From the IMG/VR virus record IMGVR_UViG_3300037634_005711, positions 1 through 40,514 of that record: a DNA stretch of 40,514 nucleotides. One strand, 5' to 3'. A program made the translations under genes and the position numbers. Shown here one piece after another: positions 35,093-40,514 of this stretch. Numbering within the stretch: the stretch's first letter is position 1; every line of letters starts with the position of its first letter. Source of the DNA: a virus (taxonomy: Duplodnaviria; Caudoviricetes). The notes under the pieces are model-generated. The model was not told where the DNA came from. It saw only the letters and a list, made by a program, of their open reading frames with translations, and ran no database searches.

Positions 35093-35649
35093 TAGTTACA
35101 ATACATCAACCTAATTTTGTACCATGGTATCCGTTCTTTGAGAAGATGAGACAAGCAGATATTTTTATTCTACTAGGAAATTGTCAATATGAAAAAAGTG
35201 GTTATCAAAATAGATTTAATATAGATGGTAATTGGAATACTATGAGTGTTAAGAAAGGTGTTGATAATATTATTAATAAAAAATATAGCAATCATTCTTT
35301 TGATTGGAAGAAAATAAAGAAAAGGTTATGGAAGTATAATGACATCATAACTGAACTTGATGATTATATATCAGATAACTTATATGAAACTAATAAAAAT
35401 ATTATTACTCATTTACGAGATATCTTAAATATAAAAACACCTATAGTAGAAGATACACCAAAAGAGTTGCTATCCTCAGAAAGATTGCTTATATTATGTA
35501 AAGAATATAATGCAACTCATTATCTTGCTGGGCAGGGTGGTAAAGCGTATTTAAATGAAGAGTTATTTAAAAAAGAAGGTATAGAAGTAATATATCAAGA
35601 CAATATTACTCCTATCCATACATTGGAATATTTATATGAAACTACTTAA
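35089..35649 (+). CDS. WbqC family protein
   Basis: IHQPNF.PW..FF.K...D.F..L...QY....QNR, ERL...C....A..YL.G.GG..YL. Confidence 0.9.
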   Translation: MIVTIHQPNFVPWYPFFEKMRQADIFILLGNCQYEKSGYQNRFNIDGNWNTMSVKKGVDNIINKKYSNHSFDWKKIKKRLWKYNDIITELDDYISDNLYETNKNIITHLRDILNIKTPIVEDTPKELLSSERLLILCKEYNATHYLAGQGGKAYLNEELFKKEGIEVIYQDNITPIHTLEYLYETT

Positions 35650-36262
35650 TTTTGATAAAGTATTATGTTTATCACCTCACCCTGACGATGTAGAATATAG
35701 TATGTTAGGTACTATTCTTAAACATCAAGATACTCATTTCACCTTATGTCAAATTGCTCAAGGTGGTGACTGTGATGAAACTACAGGTGAACATAGACTT
35801 GAAGAAGTGAGAAATGTTTGGGCAAAATCTGGGTGTGATAATATTGATATTATATTCTCTGGTCATAAATACTTAAAAGAGTTATCAGAAGAACAGTGGA
35901 TTCATAATATAGAACAATTACTAGATAATAACTATGATGCAATATTTCTACCTAATAATACTGATTCACATTTCGAACATAGATTTATTTCAGGTTTTGG
36001 TAGAGCATTAGTACGTAATAAAAATATATCACTTATTCATTATTATACACCTAGTACTCAAGATGAGTGGTGCCCTAATATGTATATTGATATTAGTTCT
36101 GAGTATGATAAGAAAACAGAAGCATTGAAAGAGTTCGTAAGTCAGCAACATAGATATTACTTTAGATCAGATGTTCTGAAAGCGTTCCATAGTGATTTTC
36201 AATGTGCAAAAAAAGGTGTTCATACCATAGAGAAATATGAAATAGCGGGGTTAATTATATAG
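35636..36262 (+). CDS. PIG-L/LmbE family N-deacetylase
   Basis: LSPHPDDVE, R..E, D.H.EH, PN.YIDIS...K..AL..F.SQ. Confidence 0.9.
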   Translation: MKLLNFDKVLCLSPHPDDVEYSMLGTILKHQDTHFTLCQIAQGGDCDETTGEHRLEEVRNVWAKSGCDNIDIIFSGHKYLKELSEEQWIHNIEQLLDNNYDAIFLPNNTDSHFEHRFISGFGRALVRNKNISLIHYYTPSTQDEWCPNMYIDISSEYDKKTEALKEFVSQQHRYYFRSDVLKAFHSDFQCAKKGVHTIEKYEIAGLII

Positions 36263-37068
36263 TGGAGAAGATAGTATTATTAATAAAATCATACAGAAAT
36301 CATTATGACTGGACTGTTCAATTAATTGAATCAATAGATAGACATAATAAGGATAATATAAAAGTATATATCGCTGCTCCAGCTGGAGACTATGAAATAT
36401 TTTCTAATTTAGGGCATACTGTGATTACTGATGAAGAGATTATTGGAAGTGAAATTGATAAGAGTTGGAATACTTGGCCTGGTCACACTAAACAGCAGCT
36501 AGTAAAATTAATGTTTGGTGAAACTGAATTATGTGAAAATTATTTCTGGATAGATGCAGACTCTTACTTCATACGTGATTTCTATATCAATGATTTTATG
36601 TATACAGATGATATACCTTATACAACTATTCATGAGAATAAAGATTTGTTTTCATGGGTAGCTGAAACTGATATTAATATGTTAAAAAATATACGAAATG
36701 GGTATGAGAGTGATAGACGGAGAGTGATGAGTGTATTTGATAGAAAAGGTAAGATATATGATTGGACATGTCCTAATCTATGGTCTACTAAAGTATTAAA
36801 TCATATGAAAGATTATTACATGAAGCCAAACAACCTAACATATACAGATTTACTAAATTATGTTCCAGGGGAATTAGTTTGGTATGGTGAATATCAACTT
36901 AAAACGCAAGTTATACCAACAATCCCAGCTGAGTCTTGGTTTAAGCCATTCCACTATAAAGCGCAGATGGATACTTGTAAACAGCGAGGTAATACAGAAG
37001 AAACATTAGCAATGAATTATTTAGGAATAGTAATGCCAAGTAAAGAAATGTCTGTAGGGAGATTTTAA
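36262..37068 (+). CDS. GT-A glycosyltransferase-like protein
   Basis: QQLVKL, YFWIDADSYFIR DxD motif; GTG start coupled to the upstream stop. Confidence 0.7.
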   Translation: MEKIVLLIKSYRNHYDWTVQLIESIDRHNKDNIKVYIAAPAGDYEIFSNLGHTVITDEEIIGSEIDKSWNTWPGHTKQQLVKLMFGETELCENYFWIDADSYFIRDFYINDFMYTDDIPYTTIHENKDLFSWVAETDINMLKNIRNGYESDRRRVMSVFDRKGKIYDWTCPNLWSTKVLNHMKDYYMKPNNLTYTDLLNYVPGELVWYGEYQLKTQVIPTIPAESWFKPFHYKAQMDTCKQRGNTEETLAMNYLGIVMPSKEMSVGRF

Positions 37069-37796
37069 TGTTAATATCAACACTAAACTATAATCAACCA
37101 GAGTTAACTGATAATCTTATTAAGCAGTTAACACATGATAAGTCATTTAATAGTCATGAATTAATGGTTGTGGATAATGGATCAAGTAAACAACCTGCTA
37201 ATTCTACAACACATAAGTTGGAAGAAAATCTATATTTTGGTGGTGGGTTAAATATAGTATTAGAATATTTTCTACAGAGTAGACATGAGTACTTTGTATT
37301 ATTTAATAATGATTTAATCTTCCATGGTCCTAGACTATTAACTAACATGGTTCAAGAGATGAGAGATAATGATTTATCACTCTATTCACCAGCAATAACT
37401 AATACAGGAGCAGATCAATGTTTCTGGAAGCAAATGTGGAACTGGGGAACAGGAACGGTACGTGAAGTACAATTTATAGATTTTATGTGTCCTGTTATGA
37501 GAAGAGATCTAGCTGAAGCTATTGTAAAGTTTCCTGATGAATTATTTTTAGGATGGGGAGCTGATTTCTATTCAGGTATGATAGCTGAGCAGAATGGAAT
37601 GAAAGTAGGTGTAAGTGATAATATAACGTTATCACATTTAGTGAGTCAAACATTTAAGACAGGAGCTATCGAAGTTAAAGAGAGTGATTTTTGTAGACAA
37701 GCAGATGGTAATATGCATAACTACTTTTTAAATAATGCTGAATTAAATCAAACGTTTGTTGAATTTAGAACGAATGGAGCAAATTACCATGCTTAG
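37068..37796 (+). CDS. GT2 glycosyltransferase
   Basis: LNYN, VVDNGS, N..FGGG.N, FNND, GWG.D. Confidence 0.88.
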   Translation: MLISTLNYNQPELTDNLIKQLTHDKSFNSHELMVVDNGSSKQPANSTTHKLEENLYFGGGLNIVLEYFLQSRHEYFVLFNNDLIFHGPRLLTNMVQEMRDNDLSLYSPAITNTGADQCFWKQMWNWGTGTVREVQFIDFMCPVMRRDLAEAIVKFPDELFLGWGADFYSGMIAEQNGMKVGVSDNITLSHLVSQTFKTGAIEVKESDFCRQADGNMHNYFLNNAELNQTFVEFRTNGANYHA

Positions 37797-39324
37797 TTTT
37801 TGTATAAGTACACATAATAATTTAGAATATTTAAAAATAGCTATCGACTCTGTCCGTAAAAATAGCTATTATAAAGATGCACCATTTATTATACATGCAG
37901 AGAATTGTACTGATGGTACAGATGACTGGTTAGAGAGTGTTAAAGAGCAATATAATCTAGATGTCTATATAGATAAGAATGACTCACCTAAAGGAATAGG
38001 TGGTGGTATGAATTACTGTGCTGATAAAGTTGATACAGAATACATTATGTTTTTACATTCTGATTTCTATGTTACTGAAAATTGGGATAAATCATTAATG
38101 GATTTATTTGATAAGTATCCTGATGAGCGATTATGGGTGAATTCATTTAGAGTAGAGCCACAAATGTTCCCATCTTCAAGAACCACACCAGGTAATATAG
38201 TTGTACCACAAGATGCATTTGGAGCTTACTATGATACATTTGATACTGGTATGTTTGAAGAATGGTCAAAAGAGTTCAAAGAGGAAAATGATATAGAGTA
38301 TACAAGGGGACTTGGAGTGAGTGCTTTAATTAAAAAGCGTGATTGGGATTTCATCGGAGGTAATGATCCACAATTTGCTCCTACGAGTTGGGATGATCAT
38401 GACTTGTTTTGGAGAATGGTTCGTGAAGGATTTAAGTTTGTAACGACATCAACAAGCTTAATATATCACTTTGGTGCTAGAGGTAGTCATAGATTAGAAG
38501 AGAATAATAATATGAGTTCTGAACGACAGTCAAAAGCTGAAGTAGTTAATGCTAAAAAGTTTGTTACTAAGTGGGGAGGTATGCCTGAATTTGATAATGT
38601 TCATCAAATATGTGGCATTAAGGGTGTAGTTGATAAAGTATCTCTTATTGTACCTACACTATCATCTAACCGAGAATATACAAATAATATTCGTAAAAAT
38701 ATACTAGAATTATACAATAATGATAATTCAGTAGAACTTATTGAAGAGTGTAATGATGATGTAACTCTAGGTGTAAATTATAATAATGCAGTTGCGAGAG
38801 CTACCGGTGATATTATAGTGTTACTGCATAATGATATGGTGTTACAAAAAGGGTTTGTTGAAAAGATCCGTAGAGATATAACACCAGGTACTGTATTATC
38901 ATATACTAGAATAGAGCCACCCATATTTCCTGAGACATTTCCAGGTAAGGTAGTTATTGATTGTGGTTGTGGATTAGATGATTTTGATAAGGAAAAGTTT
39001 GACAATATTAGATTAAACGATATTGTTATAGATGGTGGTACTCAATTATTCTTCGCTGTATATAAGAGAGATTATATTGGTATAGATGGTAAAACATTTC
39101 CTAAATTTAGAGAAGATGATGATATTCATTTACGTTATGAACTAGGTGGATATAAGCATAAAGTAAGCTCTGCATGTGTATATCATTTTGGTAGTAAGAG
39201 TTCAAGAGTTGGTCATTATCAAGCTGTAGAGAATTATTCTCACAATCAATTTATAGAGAAATGGGGAGTACTTGAAAGTGGTCAAATTACAAAAAGGAAT
39301 CCAATACGATGCAATATTTCTTAA
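37789..39324 (+). CDS. Tandem two-domain GT2 glycosyltransferase
   Basis: Domain 1: FLHSD...DD.D...YHFG. Domain 2: SLIVP...YNNAV..ATGD...LHND...EDDD...YHFG. ATG37789 with GGAG RBS. Confidence 0.88.
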   Translation: MLSFCISTHNNLEYLKIAIDSVRKNSYYKDAPFIIHAENCTDGTDDWLESVKEQYNLDVYIDKNDSPKGIGGGMNYCADKVDTEYIMFLHSDFYVTENWDKSLMDLFDKYPDERLWVNSFRVEPQMFPSSRTTPGNIVVPQDAFGAYYDTFDTGMFEEWSKEFKEENDIEYTRGLGVSALIKKRDWDFIGGNDPQFAPTSWDDHDLFWRMVREGFKFVTTSTSLIYHFGARGSHRLEENNNMSSERQSKAEVVNAKKFVTKWGGMPEFDNVHQICGIKGVVDKVSLIVPTLSSNREYTNNIRKNILELYNNDNSVELIEECNDDVTLGVNYNNAVARATGDIIVLLHNDMVLQKGFVEKIRRDITPGTVLSYTRIEPPIFPETFPGKVVIDCGCGLDDFDKEKFDNIRLNDIVIDGGTQLFFAVYKRDYIGIDGKTFPKFREDDDIHLRYELGGYKHKVSSACVYHFGSKSSRVGHYQAVENYSHNQFIEKWGVLESGQITKRNPIRCNIS

Positions 39325-39551
39325 TGATGCCAGGTGATACAGAGGAGACTGCTACATATGATAGTAATCTACTAGGTGAGAGTAGTTTCCATGTGTTCTG
39401 GGCTGGTCAAGGCTTAAAGATATTAATGAAGATGGTAGAAGAAGATCCTGAATCATTAGAGCATGTGAAGATAATTACAGATCGACGTGAAACAATATCA
39501 ATAACAGAGTTTTTAGATACAATAAAATTAATGCAAGTGAGAGTAAACTAA
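39309..39551 (+). CDS. Hypothetical protein
   Basis: AAGGA RBS; overlaps the GT2 end. Confidence 0.65.
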   Translation: MQYFLMMPGDTEETATYDSNLLGESSFHVFWAGQGLKILMKMVEEDPESLEHVKIITDRRETISITEFLDTIKLMQVRVN

Positions 39552-39673
39552 TGGTAGAGATGGTAAAGATTAATATTAATAAAATCGATTATGATGATGA
39601 TAGTCGACAACGGAGTTCTAAATCACGTTCAAAGAAGAAAATACGTAAGATGAGACCTAGGGAAGATAAATAA
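39551..39673 (+). CDS. Small charged hypothetical protein (40 aa), absent from the ORF track
   Basis: TAATG coupling; MVEMVKININKIDYDDDSRQRSSKSRSKKKIRKMRPREDK*. Confidence 0.55.
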   Translation: MVEMVKININKIDYDDDSRQRSSKSRSKKKIRKMRPREDK

Positions 39674-39676
39674 GTA

Positions 39677-39686
39677 TATATTTATA
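39677..39686 (+). promoter_or_regulatory. TATATTTATA box (second promoter class, possibly late)
   Basis: Same box at 23582-23591 and 40128-40136, and near-identical at 507-516. All are intergenic with no KTTG element. Confidence 0.45.
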
Positions 39687-39719
39687 TAGAGATAGTAACA
39701 AGTGATAAGGAGCATAAAT

Positions 39720-39956
39720 TTGAAGAGCAGTAAACGGACAAGATTAGGGTCATATTTACTTAAAGTAGGGTACTTTGATATACGACAGCGCATAATATAT
39801 CCTAGTAAGAAGATAGCTAAGGGATCTATAGAAGTATTTGTATGTCAGGGTAAGCATAAGATTGCAGGTCCGTTTAAATCACATCATGCAGCTAAATTAC
39901 ATGCTGAAGAATTAATGAGTGAGGGATTTCGATATGTCAAACATAAAAAGAGGTAG
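39720..39956 (+). CDS. Basic hypothetical protein
   Basis: AAGGAG upstream of TTG39720; track start is GTG39702. Confidence 0.6.
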   Translation: MKSSKRTRLGSYLLKVGYFDIRQRIIYPSKKIAKGSIEVFVCQGKHKIAGPFKSHHAAKLHAEELMSEGFRYVKHKKR

Positions 39957-40116
39957 CAAATATATTATATCTAATAATACTCAGACACCTAATGGAATGG
40001 TTTATAAAGGAACTAAAGTCAAAGTTGAGGAGTTTATTTCTAAGGATAAGATTAGAGTTCATGATGAAGTCGGTAGAGTTTTATGGGTTAAATCGTCTGA
40101 TATTTTAGTGTATTAA
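39934..40116 (+). CDS. Small SH3-like beta-barrel hypothetical protein
   Basis: KGTKVKV...IRV.D..GR..WV...DI pattern; GAGGG upstream of ATG39934. Confidence 0.55.
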   Translation: MSNIKRGSKYIISNNTQTPNGMVYKGTKVKVEEFISKDKIRVHDEVGRVLWVKSSDILVY

Positions 40117-40127
40117 TATAGTTTACG

Positions 40128-40136
40128 ATATTTATA
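40128..40136 (+). promoter_or_regulatory. ATATTTATA box (second promoter class, possibly late)
   Basis: Intergenic, 33 nt before ATG40170. Confidence 0.45.
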
Positions 40137-40169
40137 AGAGACAAATTATTTAGACTGGAGAATTCTTAT

Positions 40170-40514
40170 ATGAATGCAAAAGAATTAAATGCTTTATTAG
40201 AATCTGAATTAAAACAGTACCTTACTGAAAACATCAGTAAAGGTTATACAGTTGTATATCGTGATAAAGCATTCGATAAAACATACACAGCTCAAATACC
40301 GCCAGGTATTAGTAAGGCTGAAATCGTTAAGATGTTAAAGAAAACCATTAGAGTTGGATTAGAGATCGTTGGTATTACGCCTTTGAAAGAATCAGTTAAT
40401 GAAGGAGCTATCCAAGATATTGAAGCACGATTAGCGTCTGCAAAGAAAGGAGCAAAAGCTTCTGGTGGTGGTTACTCTGGATGGGTTAAGACAGGCAGAA
40501 ATTCTTGGAAGAAT
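40170..40514 (+). CDS. Hypothetical protein, possibly internal head protein (partial, runs off the window)
   Basis: GGAG RBS; open for 115 codons, MNAKELNALLESELKQYLTENIS...LKESVNEGAI. Confidence 0.7.
   Translation, partial: MNAKELNALLESELKQYLTENISKGYTVVYRDKAFDKTYTAQIPPGISKAEIVKMLKKTIRVGLEIVGITPLKESVNEGAIQDIEARLASAKKGAKASGGGYSGWVKTGRNSWKN

Overview
This window is the replication, nucleotide-metabolism and glycosylation region of a large, AT-rich, T4-distant dsDNA tailed phage (jumbo-phage-like). All credible genes are on the + strand and tightly packed. Gene order: gp32-type SSB, RecA/UvsX, 5'-3' exonuclease, DnaB/gp41 helicase, class II (B12) ribonucleotide reductase and cysteine synthase. 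Next is a complete 7-deazaguanine DNA-modification cluster (queD, dpdA-like transglycosylase, PurN-like formyltransferase, P-loop NMP kinase, queF, queC, queE, HPRT-like, folE, dUTPase-like) that runs directly into a family B DNA polymerase. After it come the sliding clamp, GroES/GroEL, clamp loader, MazG-like protein, Cas4-like nuclease, SLOG protein and an RHH regulator. A ~15.5 kb glycosylation island follows, with at least 7 glycosyltransferases, RmlC/RmlD, a CMP-ulosonate synthetase plus sialyltransferase-like gene but no NeuB, WbqC and PIG-L. Non-coding signals read directly from the sequence: a recurrent promoter KTTG-N20-TATATTWW (about 11 copies, two inside genes), a 7-nt-periodic leader on the SSB gene, a candidate ~145-nt structured RNA plus terminator after recA, and a palindromic operator before the RHH gene. 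Best candidate for a new system: a nucleotide-level (pre-replicative) formyl-preQ1 genome-substitution pathway with guanine recycling. Second best: a NeuB-independent CMP-ulosonate glycosylation module. All product calls come from motif recognition by eye; no database searches were run.
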